From Candidatus Krumholzibacteriota bacterium (GTDB taxonomy: Bacteria; Krumholzibacteriota; Krumholzibacteriia; JAJRXK01), in the NCBI GenBank assembly GCA_963806035.1, contig CAWDWO010000039.1:1-64000 (forward strand): 64,000 bases of DNA, read 5' to 3'. Numbering within the stretch: the stretch's first letter is position 1; each line of letters begins with the position of its first letter. Positions 1 through 9,650 of the stretch are shown one piece after another. Made by a program: the position numbers and the translations under genes. Under the pieces are notes generated by a model. That model had not been told where the DNA came from, did not search any database, and saw nothing but the letters and a program-made list of their open reading frames with translations.

Positions 1-72
1 GACGTTCTCATCAAGGAGCCCAATCTGGAGGATCTCTTTCTGAGGCTCACCGGAAGGGAGCTCAGGGACTGA
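1..72 (+). CDS. ABC transporter ATP-binding subunit, C-terminal fragment (runs off window)
   Basis: Frame 1 reads DVLIKEPNLEDLFLRLTGRELRD*, the typical C-terminus of ABC-2/DrrA-type ATPases; its TGA overlaps the next ATG. Confidence 0.8.
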   Translation, partial: DVLIKEPNLEDLFLRLTGRELRD

Positions 73-1318
73 TGTGGCCGCTCATTCGTAAAGATCTCCT
101 GCGGCGTTGGCACTCGCCTGCTTCCACTCTAGCCATGCTCATCTTTCCCCTCTTCATGAGCGTCACCATCGGCTCGCTCATGGGCAACGGAAGCAGCGAC
201 CGCGAGTTCCCCGTGATGCACGTCCTGGTGGAGAACCGCGACACGGACGGCGCACTGAGCGGATTCGTAATGGGCGCCCTGGGACAGGAACGAGCCAAAA
301 AGTATATCGACGCGACTCCGGTGGAGGTGGGCACAGGCGAGGCGCTGATGGAGAAGGGCAAGGCGAGCGCGCTCCTCATTCTCCCGGAAAATTTCACCGA
401 AGACGTCCTCAACCGTCGCGAGACCTCGCTCACCGTTGTGCGCAATCCGAGCGAGGGGATCACTCCGGAGATCGCGGTGGAGGGAGTGGGAGTTCTGGCC
501 ACCTATCTGGACAACGCTGCGCGCCTTTTGGGTGACGAGTTGAGCGAGTTGCAGACGATCTTCGATCAGGACCGCTTTCCCGACGCGGCGCAAGTGGGAA
601 CGATCGCGGTGGGAATCACCGAGAAGATCGGTGGAGTCAAGCGCTACCTCTTGCCACCGGTGGTGACCATCAATTCCGCCAAGGCGAAGTCGGACAGCGC
701 TCCGAGTTTTTCCCCTTTCGCCTACATTCTGGTTATGACCACGGTAATGGCGGTGCTGTTCGTGGCCGTGCGCTCGATCGGCGACCTCTTCGAGGAGAGC
801 AAGAGTGGCATGTTGCGCCGTCAGCTCGCCTCGCCTCTACCCTTGGCAAAAATCGTCGCGGCCAAGCTGTCCTTCGGGGTGGTGCTCGGGATGGCGGTGA
901 CCACGATCTTGGCTGTGGCAGGATTGCTCATGCGCTGGATTCATACCCCAGTCGATCTTTTGGCATCGGTCCTCTTGACCATCGCCTTCAGCGCCGCGGC
1001 CTGCGGAATCCTGTCGCTGATCTTCTCGTTCTCGCGAAACGAGAAACAGGTGGGCATTTTCTCCTGGCTGGTCATCATGGGAATGAGTGCAGTGGGGGGA
1101 GCCTGATCCCGGTAGAAGCCATGCCGGCCGCCATGCGCCATGCCGCGCCCTTCACCGTGAACTACTGGGTCATCGATGGATACAAGGCCATCCTCTTTGA
1201 CGGGGCCAAGACCGCGGGAATTCAGAACGACCTGTTCGTTCTCTTGGCCATTGCCGTCCTCGCGCTCGCCTTAGGGCATGCCTTGCTCACCAAGAGGTTG
1301 AAGGAGGTGCAGGCATGA
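72..1318 (+). CDS. ABC-2 type exporter permease (frameshifted at G run 1094-1099)
   Basis: ORF 72-1106 has an N-terminal TM, a soluble loop and several TMs. Adding one G gives ...GGSLIPVEAMP..., continuing into ORF 1121-1318 (PFTVNYWVIDGY plus final TM); ~415 aa joined. Confidence 0.85.
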
Positions 1319-2520
1319 GACGCATGCTGCACCTCGCGCTACACGACACGCGTCTGTTCTTGATGCAGCGTGAGAATTTCTTCTTCATGTTCGGCATGCC
1401 CGTTCTCTTCATGCTCTTCTTCAGTACGGTGCTGAAGGGTTCGGACGATCAGGGCAAGAAGCTCGAGATCACGCTCAACGTGGTCAACCAGGACGAGGGA
1501 TTCCTCTCCACCGCATTCTTGCGTCAATTGCAGGGAGAGAACTTCGATGTGCAGACGATCAGCCCGCAGCAGGCCGATACCACCGGCTATATTCGTGTAC
1601 TGCGCATTCCCGCCGATTTCACAACAGAGGTGCTGGCCGGTAGACAAGTCGATCTCACTTTCGCGAAGGAAGCCAACAGCAACGTGGACTTCGACGTGGC
1701 CGCGAGCGTGCATCTGCACCGCGCGCAGGTCGCCTTTCTGGGGAATTTGATCGCGTGGAGCCAGGATCTTCCCGACACCAATCTCAAAGTCTCAACGCTC
1801 AGCGAGGTGGAAAAGGGCCGCTTGCTCGCGATGGTGGCCGAGCCCAGTCGGGTGAAGGTGATCGACAAGATGGCGGGACACGGCAGGCCCGTGCCCAGTG
1901 GGGCAGGGCAGTCCATTCCGGGCATGCTGGCTATGTTCGTGGTGATGACGACGCTCATCGGCGGAAGCGAGACCCTGACCAAGGAGAAGTACGGCGGCAC
2001 TCTGGCGCGCCTGGCCTCCACGCCCTTCTCCCGCACGGAAATCCTGGCGGGGAAGGTGTTGCACCTCACCCTGGTGGGTCTTTCGCAGGCCATCGTGCTG
2101 ATGTTGGCCGGTCAGCTCATTGGCGCCATTCACCTGTTCGGAATCCAGTTCAGCTGGGGTCCGCATGCGCTCGCCATCGTGGTGATGCTGATTTTTTACG
2201 CCTTTTCGGTGGCCTGCCTCACCCTCTTGATCAGCGGACTCTTCCGTACCACCCAGCAGGCGGAGAGTTTGGCCTGGCTTCTGGGGATGATCATCGCTGC
2301 CCTGGGGGGGTGTTGGTGGCCTTTGGAGATCATGCCGCACACGGCGCGGCTTTTGGCGCAGCTCTTTCCCAGTTACTGGGCCATGCGCGGTTTCCACGCG
2401 CTCATCACCTTCGGCATGGGACCCTTGAGCGTGGTGCTCCCCAGCGTGATCCTGGCGTGCTTTGGGATCCTTTTTGCCATCGTGGGCACGCGCACCATGC
2501 GCGTGAATCAGAGCGGCTAA
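1315..2520 (+). CDS. ABC-2 type exporter permease
   Basis: EKYGGTLARLASTP and LGGCWWPLEIMP motifs; multi-TM C-terminal half; ATGA overlap with upstream permease. Confidence 0.9.
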   Translation: MRRMLHLALHDTRLFLMQRENFFFMFGMPVLFMLFFSTVLKGSDDQGKKLEITLNVVNQDEGFLSTAFLRQLQGENFDVQTISPQQADTTGYIRVLRIPADFTTEVLAGRQVDLTFAKEANSNVDFDVAASVHLHRAQVAFLGNLIAWSQDLPDTNLKVSTLSEVEKGRLLAMVAEPSRVKVIDKMAGHGRPVPSGAGQSIPGMLAMFVVMTTLIGGSETLTKEKYGGTLARLASTPFSRTEILAGKVLHLTLVGLSQAIVLMLAGQLIGAIHLFGIQFSWGPHALAIVVMLIFYAFSVACLTLLISGLFRTTQQAESLAWLLGMIIAALGGCWWPLEIMPHTARLLAQLFPSYWAMRGFHALITFGMGPLSVVLPSVILACFGILFAIVGTRTMRVNQSG

Positions 2521-3416
2521 GGAACTTCTTCTGGCAGCATCTCGTCCAAAGTGCGGTCCTTCTCTTCCCAGAGACCGCGCAGATAATCCTGAAAGCGCGC
2601 GCGATACTCCCCGTCCTGCAAATAATCGCCCTGCAGCAGCTCGCGCGGGATTTCCAGACTGCGGGCCCGGACGCGAACCAGCGGCAACTCACCCGCGAGG
2701 TAGCTCAAGAAGGCGGGCTTTCCTGCAGGATAGGCGATGGTGAGGTCGACCAGACGCGTGACGCTACCCTCCATCGCGCTCAAAGCGAAGGACGCGCCGC
2801 CGGCGCGCGGACGCAAGAGATGACGGTAGGGGGTTTCCTGCCGGGCGTGCTTTGTGGCTGAGAAGCGCGTGCCCTCCACGAAATTGATGATGGAAGCGGG
2901 TAGATCGTGATACCGCCGGCACATGCGTCGGACCGTCCGAAAGTCATCATCCGCCCGCTCCGGGTGGCGCGCAAGATACTCGCGGCTGTGACGGCGCAGG
3001 GCAGGGTAATCCAGTCCCCACCACACCGGGCCGAGGAGGGGAAGAAGCAGGAGCTGACGCTTCAGGAAGAACCGCGGAAAGGGGACGCGCCCAAAGAGCA
3101 CCACCAGAAGCACGGGAATGTCGACCCAGCTCTGATGATTGGCTGTGACGAGACAGGAACTCTCGGGCGAGAACTCACCCTCGTACTTTATCTCCCAGCG
3201 GGTGGGCAAAAAATGCCTCTGGAGCCAAACCACACCCTGCACCCACTTGCCGCAGAAGTGGACCATTTCCTCGGCGACGCGGGTGCGCCAGGAGGGGACG
3301 ATGAGTTTGAGCAGGATCAGGACGTAGACCGGGATACAGACCAGCGCAGTGAGCAAGAAGGCCAGGACCACTACGCCGATCAGGCGGGGAATCGACCCGA
3401 GACGGCAAAAATGCAT
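2517..3416 (-). CDS. 1-acylglycerol-3-phosphate acyltransferase family (YihG/PlsC-like)
   Basis: NHQSWVD (HX4D), FFLKRQL and FVEGTRF motifs; GGAG RBS before ATG at 3416. Confidence 0.88.
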   Translation of the reverse strand: MHFCRLGSIPRLIGVVVLAFLLTALVCIPVYVLILLKLIVPSWRTRVAEEMVHFCGKWVQGVVWLQRHFLPTRWEIKYEGEFSPESSCLVTANHQSWVDIPVLLVVLFGRVPFPRFFLKRQLLLLPLLGPVWWGLDYPALRRHSREYLARHPERADDDFRTVRRMCRRYHDLPASIINFVEGTRFSATKHARQETPYRHLLRPRAGGASFALSAMEGSVTRLVDLTIAYPAGKPAFLSYLAGELPLVRVRARSLEIPRELLQGDYLQDGEYRARFQDYLRGLWEEKDRTLDEMLPEEVP

Positions 3417-3442
3417 GATGCTCCGTCGTGTGCGGCGGTCTT

Positions 3443-4354
3443 TCAGTTGATGGTCAGGCCATCGTCTTCGTCCAGCCAGCGCGCGCTGCGATCGAGTGTA
3501 TCCTCCCACGATCTCCCGGGCGCCGTCAACGCGAGCAGGCTGCCATCGCCCGCGATATCCGCTAGCGCGTCGGCTTCGGCCACCGGATCGCTCGGACCGT
3601 GCAAGAGAATCTCGCGTGCCACTTCGCCGTAGGCGAGGGCTCCTCGCGTACTGGGAGCATGGATCACCAGGGGCCGGCCACGTTCACTCATTTCCTGCAT
3701 GCGGACGGTGCGCGGAACCATCGAGACCATCACGCGATCGCCGTGATTCTCGTAGAGTTGGTTGACGACTTTGCGTGACATGCGCGTGCGCAGATCCACC
3801 ATGGTCAACAGGAAGCCCTCGCACGACAGCTCGGGGTTGGCGGTTTCGTGGATCTCCTCGGCCACCTCGAGGACGCGATCGAGCGTGCGATAGCTCAGCT
3901 CCTCTGCCTGCACCGGCACGAGATAGGAGTCCGCGGCGGCCAGGCAGGCGCGGCTGAGCGCACCCATGGTGGCAGGGCTGTCCAGAACGAGGATCTCGTA
4001 ACGTTCGCGAAGTTCATCGGTGAGCTCGCGCAGAACGAAGAGATTCTCACGGGCACTGCTCTGCAACTCCTCTTCGAGTTGAGAATCGACTTTCCCCGCC
4101 GGGAGCAAGTGCAAGCCTTCGACCGAAGTCTCGTGGATCGCTTCTTCGAGCGGCGACCAGCCCCGCAGAACCTCACCCAATCCCGCAGGCTGTGCGCTCT
4201 CAAGAGACAGACTCTCGGCGAGGCCTCCCTGGGGATCGACTTCCATCAGAAGGACGCTCTTGCCCTCCTGAGCGAGTGCGGCGGCGAGATTGGCGGCGGT
4301 GGTGGTTTTCCCGACTCCGCCTTTCTGCGAGACGATGGCGATGACCTTGGCCAT
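3443..4354 (-). CDS. ParA/Soj family ATPase
   Basis: Deviant Walker A QKGGVGKTTT, DPQG, LDSP; GGAGG RBS before ATG at 4354. Confidence 0.9.
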   Translation of the reverse strand: MAKVIAIVSQKGGVGKTTTAANLAAALAQEGKSVLLMEVDPQGGLAESLSLESAQPAGLGEVLRGWSPLEEAIHETSVEGLHLLPAGKVDSQLEEELQSSARENLFVLRELTDELRERYEILVLDSPATMGALSRACLAAADSYLVPVQAEELSYRTLDRVLEVAEEIHETANPELSCEGFLLTMVDLRTRMSRKVVNQLYENHGDRVMVSMVPRTVRMQEMSERGRPLVIHAPSTRGALAYGEVAREILLHGPSDPVAEADALADIAGDGSLLALTAPGRSWEDTLDRSARWLDEDDGLTIN

Positions 4355-4654
4355 GGAGCGATCCTCCGATGCTGACAGGATGATTTTGGGCTTTGCGATC
4401 GTGGGGACAAGGCGGTCAAGGTAGTGCATTCGGCGGGGGGATTCCACCCCTTGCTCGCGCTTTCTTCACCTCAATTTGCGTGCCAGCTTCGCTCCCCTTC
4501 CTGGCGGATTCTCCCCAGCTTTCTGCCGTGAGTGCGTTGCTATTGGCGGTGATTTGCGATAGGCTCAAGCCTTCCGCAAGGGGTCGATTCCGGGCCCTGA
4601 GACGGTTACTTAGAGGAGCCTCACAAAGGCCTCCTAGGAAGGACGAACACGGAA

Positions 4655-5083
4655 ATGGCAGGAGTCAACAAAGCCATCATCGTGGGGAATTTGGGCGCCG
4701 ATCCCGAAGTACGGACGACGCAGAGCGGCACCCAGGTCGCGAATTTCAACGTGGCAACCACCGAACAGTACACCGATCAATCCGGCCAGCGACAGGAGCG
4801 GACCGAATGGCACCGCATCGTCGCCTTCGGTCGTTTGGGTGAGATCTGCGGTCAGTACCTGCACAAGGGCAAGCAGGTTTACATCGAGGGTCGCATCCAA
4901 ACCCGTAAGTGGACGGACCAGAGCGGCAACGACAAGTGGACCACCGAGATCATCGCGAGGGAGATGCAGATGCTGGGGCGGGCCGGAGACGCGCCCGCGG
5001 GGGCAGCAAGTGGTGCTCAGAAAGCAGCTGCAGACGGCGCGGGTGGTGCAATGACCAACGAAGACGACGATCTGCCTTTCTGA
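4655..5083 (+). CDS. ssb: Single-stranded DNA-binding protein
   Basis: [15 protein letters not shown]...TEWHRIV...[16 protein letters not shown] and acidic DDDLPF tail. Confidence 0.97.
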   Translation: MAGVNKAIIVGNLGADPEVRTTQSGTQVANFNVATTEQYTDQSGQRQERTEWHRIVAFGRLGEICGQYLHKGKQVYIEGRIQTRKWTDQSGNDKWTTEIIAREMQMLGRAGDAPAGAASGAQKAAADGAGGAMTNEDDDLPF

Positions 5084-5170
5084 AAACCTTGCCCTTGGGC
5101 TTCGGGCGTGGCCGAAGCCCTGGCGTCACCCTCGTAGCGCCTGGGGCTCGCGAGAGCCGGACCGATGGCG

Positions 5171-5198
5171 GGGCCGGGATTTTTCCCGGCCCCATTTT
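5171..5198 (+). terminator. Probable intrinsic terminator after ssb
   Basis: GGGCCGGGA-tttt-TCCCGGCCC hairpin followed by CATTTT. Confidence 0.55.
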
Positions 5199-5245
5199 CC
5201 TAGCTAGGCCTTGTCGGCACCCCTGAGATCCCCGAAGATGCCTGC

Positions 5246-6316
5246 ATGCCGTTTGGTCACGAGCCTAAGCAGGTTGCGACGTCTCGCACCGTCCTGGTCT
5301 CGATCACAGGCGAGGGGCTCTTCGAGGGGAGTCCTCCCCTAAGTGTGCGGGCGCTCTTCTATCGCTTCCGGGCTGAGACATTCTTCCAGAAGGCGCTGAG
5401 AAAACTCGGTCTGCGTGGGCCAGAGCAAACTCTACGCGACAAGCTCGAGATCACCGAGGTCGGCGGAACGCTGGCGGAAGTGAGCGCTCTGTGGTTGTCC
5501 TCGCCGCTCTACCTCGAGCCCCCGGTCATGAATTGCCTGCTCGATCGGCTCCCCAAATTGGAATGGGTGTACTCCCAGGCCACGGGCACCGAACACCTCG
5601 AATTGAGCTCCTTCACGGAACGCGGAGTGATGGTCAGCAACTCCGGGCAGCTGGTTTCGCGGCCAGTGGCGGAGATGGCGCTGGCCTGCATCCTCGACCA
5701 TGCGAAACGGATGCCGGCGCACGGGCAGCAGCAGCGCGCACGGCGCTGGCAATCGCTGCGTTCCTCTCTACTCAAAGATCTGACGGTGGCGATCGTCGGC
5801 ACGGGAAACATCGGCGGAGAACTGGCTCGTCTTTGCTCCGCGGTGGGCATGCGGACCATCGGGCTCTCGCGAAATCCCGCGCGCTTTTTGGTCCAAGATT
5901 CGCCCTACGATCAGGTCCTCGGGTTGAGAGAGGATTTGAGCGCCGTGCTCGGCGAGGCGGATCTCGTGGTTCTGACCCTCCCTTTGAACGCGGAAACCGC
6001 GGGGATCTTCGCGGCCCGCGAGATGCAGAGCATGAAGCGAGAAGCGGCCCTCATCAACGTTTCGCGCGGTCCCATCGTGGATGAGGAGGAGTTGTGTCGC
6101 CAACTCTCGCGCGGGCTGCTCGGGGCCGCCTACATCGATCATCCCAGCAGTTTGCCTCCCCCGCGCTTTAGCCCTCTCTACCGCACTCCCAATCTCCACC
6201 TGACCCACTATTCCGCGGCGAACGTGCACGGAGTCCAGGCCAAGGCCTTCGAGGAGTTTCTCCAGGGAGTTCAGGCTCTGGAGGAAGGAAAGGTCCCGGC
6301 GAACCGCGTGGCCTGA
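5246..6316 (+). CDS. D-isomer-specific 2-hydroxyacid dehydrogenase family protein (atypical)
   Basis: IVGTGNIG Rossmann motif, LPLNAET, LINVSRGPIVDE; start uncertain. Confidence 0.8.
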   Translation: MPFGHEPKQVATSRTVLVSITGEGLFEGSPPLSVRALFYRFRAETFFQKALRKLGLRGPEQTLRDKLEITEVGGTLAEVSALWLSSPLYLEPPVMNCLLDRLPKLEWVYSQATGTEHLELSSFTERGVMVSNSGQLVSRPVAEMALACILDHAKRMPAHGQQQRARRWQSLRSSLLKDLTVAIVGTGNIGGELARLCSAVGMRTIGLSRNPARFLVQDSPYDQVLGLREDLSAVLGEADLVVLTLPLNAETAGIFAAREMQSMKREAALINVSRGPIVDEEELCRQLSRGLLGAAYIDHPSSLPPPRFSPLYRTPNLHLTHYSAANVHGVQAKAFEEFLQGVQALEEGKVPANRVA

Positions 6317-6374
6317 AGGACCTAAGCGTCTCGAGTACAACGAGTTTCGGCCGGAAGCCAAGCGATGAGCTGAC

Positions 6375-7076
6375 TCAGCCCCGGGTGTAGCACCACTTGT
6401 AAAGGGTGCACTCGTCGCACTTGGGGGTGGGAGCTTTGCAGATGGTGCGGCCGTGATGGATCACTTGATGTGCGAACTTCACCCAGCGGCTCTTGGGTAG
6501 GAGCGCGTTCAGATCTCGCTCGATCTTCTCGGGATTACTTTCCTTGGTGAGCCCCAGCTTGTTGGTGATGCGCTTCACGTGCGTATCGACCACCACCCCG
6601 TCGGGATTGTCGAAGGCATTCCCCAAAACCACGTTGGCGGTCTTTCGACCCACGCCGGCCAGCGCGTGGAGCTTCTTCATGTCGTTGGGAATGACCCCGT
6701 CGTATTCCTCGACCAGGCTCTTGCACGCTGCACGAATGTTCTTGGCCTTATTGCGGAAGAAGCCGGTGGAGCGAATCGCTTCCTCGATTTCCTCCTGGCT
6801 GGCCTGCGCGAAAGCCTGCGGATCGGGATAGTTCTGGAAGAGCTCTGGGGTGACCATGTTCACGCGTACGTCGGTGCACTGCGCGGAGAGAATGGTGGCG
6901 ATGAGCAGCTGGAAGGGATCGTCGTGCACCAGGGCGCAGTCGGCGTCGGGGTAGAGACGCTGCAGCTCCTTGTCGATGGCTTTCCAGTGGGGATTCGGAA
7001 TCTTCGAGTTGGATCTCTTCGATGCGCGTTTCTTCGAGCTTGAACGCTTGGCGGCGCTCTTTTTCTTGGCGGCCAT
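6375..7076 (-). CDS. nth: Endonuclease III
   Basis: LIATILSAQCTD, HhH LAGVGRKTANVV, VDTHV, 4Fe-4S motif C-X6-C-X2-C-X5-C. Confidence 0.95.
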   Translation of the reverse strand: MAAKKKSAAKRSSSKKRASKRSNSKIPNPHWKAIDKELQRLYPDADCALVHDDPFQLLIATILSAQCTDVRVNMVTPELFQNYPDPQAFAQASQEEIEEAIRSTGFFRNKAKNIRAACKSLVEEYDGVIPNDMKKLHALAGVGRKTANVVLGNAFDNPDGVVVDTHVKRITNKLGLTKESNPEKIERDLNALLPKSRWVKFAHQVIHHGRTICKAPTPKCDECTLYKWCYTRG

Positions 7077-7307
7077 GGGATCCCCGGAGTGTGGGCCGAG
7101 ATACAACAAGGAAGGGCCAGGATAGCGAAAAGACTCACGGGAAGCCACTGCAGCCTTCGCCCGCATGGGGTGGGCTTGCGCGCACGGGAGGCTCTGTACT
7201 AGGTGGCCACGGATCGGGCCTTCCGGGGGCGGCGCCTGACGGCTCTGCGGCTTGAGATGGTCCCACCGGTCTCTCCGGCAATTTTGGACCTTCGAGGGCC
7301 CCTTTGC

Positions 7308-7336
7308 TTGACAGCCTGGGGGGCGGTTGATAAATT
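7308..7336 (+). promoter_or_regulatory. Sigma70-type promoter of tRNA-Lys
   Basis: TTGACA-17 nt-TAAATT with extended -10 TG. Confidence 0.75.
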
Positions 7337-7420
7337 GCCTCTCCGCTTGGCAGGCGACGCCGCTCTGGGCCCCCTCGTGCTCCTTCCCGGTCCGGTCGGC
7401 TCGCGCCACACTCTTAGGGT

Positions 7421-7496
<76 letters not shown>

Positions 7497-7526
7497 TTTA
7501 TCCCAACACAGCACAGCCATTCAGCA

Positions 7527-7593
7527 GTGGACCCGGGTATACAGCTATTCAAATGATCGAGTGTACCCGGGTAGACAGGTACCTAGGTGGACA
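7527..7593. repeat. Three quasi-palindromic repeats just 3' of tRNA-Lys
   Basis: GTGGACCCGGGTATACAG (7527), GTGTACCCGGGTAGACAG (7561), GGTACCTAGGTGGACA (7578). Confidence 0.6.
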
Positions 7594-7665
7594 AGCGGGA
7601 CCGCACTCCGCATCTTCTGAAGGACAGTTCTAGCCGGTTACACTGCTCTGAAGGGGACGAGTGTC

Positions 7666-9063
7666 GTGAGGTATGCTGCGTTTGCACTGCTCGCCCTGAC
7701 TTTCTGTGCCACCAGCTTGGTCAGGCCAGAACAGATCGTGGCCGCAAGCGCGAAGAAGCCCGCACTCGCTCCTTTCTCTTCCAAAGAATTCGAAGGAATG
7801 GTCCTCACGGGCAACGACAGCATTCCCGAGGGAAATATCATCAGTCGCCCCTTTGCGGTGGACGGCGGCCGCTACTACCGCCTGCGCGCGGAGATCAAGT
7901 CCGAGGGTTTGCATGGCGGACTCTATGTGCTGCCTGCCGACATGGCCTTGCAACTCGGAGGACAAACCGTGAGCTGCGTTTTGACGGGAAACGACAGTCC
8001 CTTCACCTACGAGCTCACGCTCCGCTCTCCCCCGGATGCCTGGAGGGGATATGTGAGCTTCCGTGTCATCGCGCCCGCCGGCAGGATCGAGATTCAGCAC
8101 ATCGAATGCGAGCCAGTGCAGGGCTCTCGCGAGGAGAGCTTCGATTTTCTCGTTGCCGGAGTCGAAGATCTCTACGTGGATCTTGCGAGCTCCCCGGCGA
8201 ACTGGGATTCGCTCGTTGCACACTATCGACCAACTGCAGCGCGTGCGGTGGACTTCAAGGCATTCACGACCGGCGTGGGAGAGATGCTCGGGGCTCTTCA
8301 CGATGAGCGAATCTTCTTGAGCTCCTGGAATGTCACCGGCAAATGGTATCCGACATATTTATCAGATGACTATTGGGATAACTTGGCTTCTCCGCTCGAA
8401 TTCGACTACAGAATCGCGCGGAGCGCAGTCGACAGCCTGCGTTACCTCCAGGGCAGCCATTGGGGCTGGCTTTCCGGGCGCATTGCCTATCTTCAGTACG
8501 GCAACCCGCGTGTTCACATCACCGACCCAAAGTGGGCGGCAGGACTCCTCGACCTGCTTTCAGCGGATGGTTTCATCATCGACCTTCGCAGAGCGGGCTT
8601 CTTCAACGACCCCGAGCATGCCTCTCTCAAGAGAGAGGAATTGCAACGATTCGTGGGTCTCTTCGCGCAGTCGAAGACGCAATACGCTTGGTCCGAGCGC
8701 ACCACGGGGCGCCACCAGCTGTGGATCAAACCCACTCCGATCGGCGCGCCCGGAAGGCCGGTCATCTGCCTGATCGACCATCACACGGGGGGGATCTACG
8801 CCGACGCCGCGCTCATGCTCTCAGCTCTATCGAATGTTCGCCTGGTAGGCCAGACCACGTCCGGGGGCTCGATGCGGCCCGTGCCGGTAACGACACCAGA
8901 GGGGCTTGTGGCTTATGTCCCGAGCGAGAGGTTCTACGACATGAGGGGCCACCGCATCACCGACGAGAGCGGAATCGCGCCGGACGTGGAGACGGAAACC
9001 GATTGCAGGCAGGATGTTCCCTTCACCACCGCGTGCCAGCTTCTGAAGAAAACTCTTCATTAG
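7666..9063 (+). CDS. Secreted S41 peptidase-like protein
   Basis: Signal peptide; IAYLQY, FIIDLR, PVICLID, LVGQTTSGG and GIAPDVE motifs of the S41 fold. Confidence 0.72.
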   Translation: MRYAAFALLALTFCATSLVRPEQIVAASAKKPALAPFSSKEFEGMVLTGNDSIPEGNIISRPFAVDGGRYYRLRAEIKSEGLHGGLYVLPADMALQLGGQTVSCVLTGNDSPFTYELTLRSPPDAWRGYVSFRVIAPAGRIEIQHIECEPVQGSREESFDFLVAGVEDLYVDLASSPANWDSLVAHYRPTAARAVDFKAFTTGVGEMLGALHDERIFLSSWNVTGKWYPTYLSDDYWDNLASPLEFDYRIARSAVDSLRYLQGSHWGWLSGRIAYLQYGNPRVHITDPKWAAGLLDLLSADGFIIDLRRAGFFNDPEHASLKREELQRFVGLFAQSKTQYAWSERTTGRHQLWIKPTPIGAPGRPVICLIDHHTGGIYADAALMLSALSNVRLVGQTTSGGSMRPVPVTTPEGLVAYVPSERFYDMRGHRITDESGIAPDVETETDCRQDVPFTTACQLLKKTLH

Positions 9064-9085
9064 ACAATTCGCACGGAAAACTGGA

Positions 9086-9112
9086 TGTCACACTCCTTCT
9101 CCCTAGCTCGTC
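9086..9112 (+). promoter_or_regulatory. ECF41 (SigJ-type) sigma promoter
   Basis: TGTCACA-N16-CGTC, the established ECF41 target motif, directly upstream of the AhpD-like/sigma operon. Confidence 0.85.
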
Positions 9113-9160
9113 TTGGGGTTGAATCATCCCCACGACGAGTACGAAGCAAGGAGTTGGGAC

Positions 9161-9637
9161 ATGAATATGCGACTGGACCCTCAGAAGGCCGCTCCCCAGG
9201 CGATCGCGGCGATGCTGAAGCTCGAGGCTTACCTTAAGCGTGTAGAACTCGAAGACGATCTGATTCACCTGGTGCAGATCCGCGCCTCGCAAATCAACGG
9301 ATGTGCTTTCTGCTTGAACATGCACACCATCGAAGCGCAGGAGAGTGGGATGCCCGGAGAGAAGCTGGCTCTGTTGCCCGTATGGCAAGAGTCCTCACTC
9401 TTCAGCCCGCGCGAGCGGGCGGCGCTGGCCTGGACGGAGGCGCTGACCCTACTTGCCGAGACGCATGCGCCGGACGAGGATTTCGACACCCTCAGCGAGC
9501 AGTTTTCCGAAGAGGAGATCGTGGACCTGACGCTCTTGATCGGTGCCATCAACGTGTGGAATCGACTCAACGTCGGCTTCCGTACCCCTCCCGAACTCGC
9601 TCCCCAGGTGATCGAGGCTCTCGCGGTCGCCGGCTAG
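9161..9637 (+). CDS. Carboxymuconolactone decarboxylase/AhpD family protein
   Basis: RASQINGCAFCLNMH, FSPRERAALAWTEALT, INVWNR; AAGGAG RBS. Confidence 0.92.
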   Translation: MNMRLDPQKAAPQAIAAMLKLEAYLKRVELEDDLIHLVQIRASQINGCAFCLNMHTIEAQESGMPGEKLALLPVWQESSLFSPRERAALAWTEALTLLAETHAPDEDFDTLSEQFSEEEIVDLTLLIGAINVWNRLNVGFRTPPELAPQVIEALAVAG

Positions 9638-9650
9638 GGAGGGGCTAAGC

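Noticed and set aside
1104..1106. TGA in the permease as selenocysteine or readthrough
   Set aside because: The continuation is in another frame; a G-run indel explains it
3443..5083. Plasmid-like parA/ssb module
   Set aside because: No parB, rep or tra genes; flanked by chromosomal housekeeping genes
7527..7593. Mini CRISPR array
   Set aside because: Units are short and degenerate, spacers are 16 nt or less, and there are no cas genes
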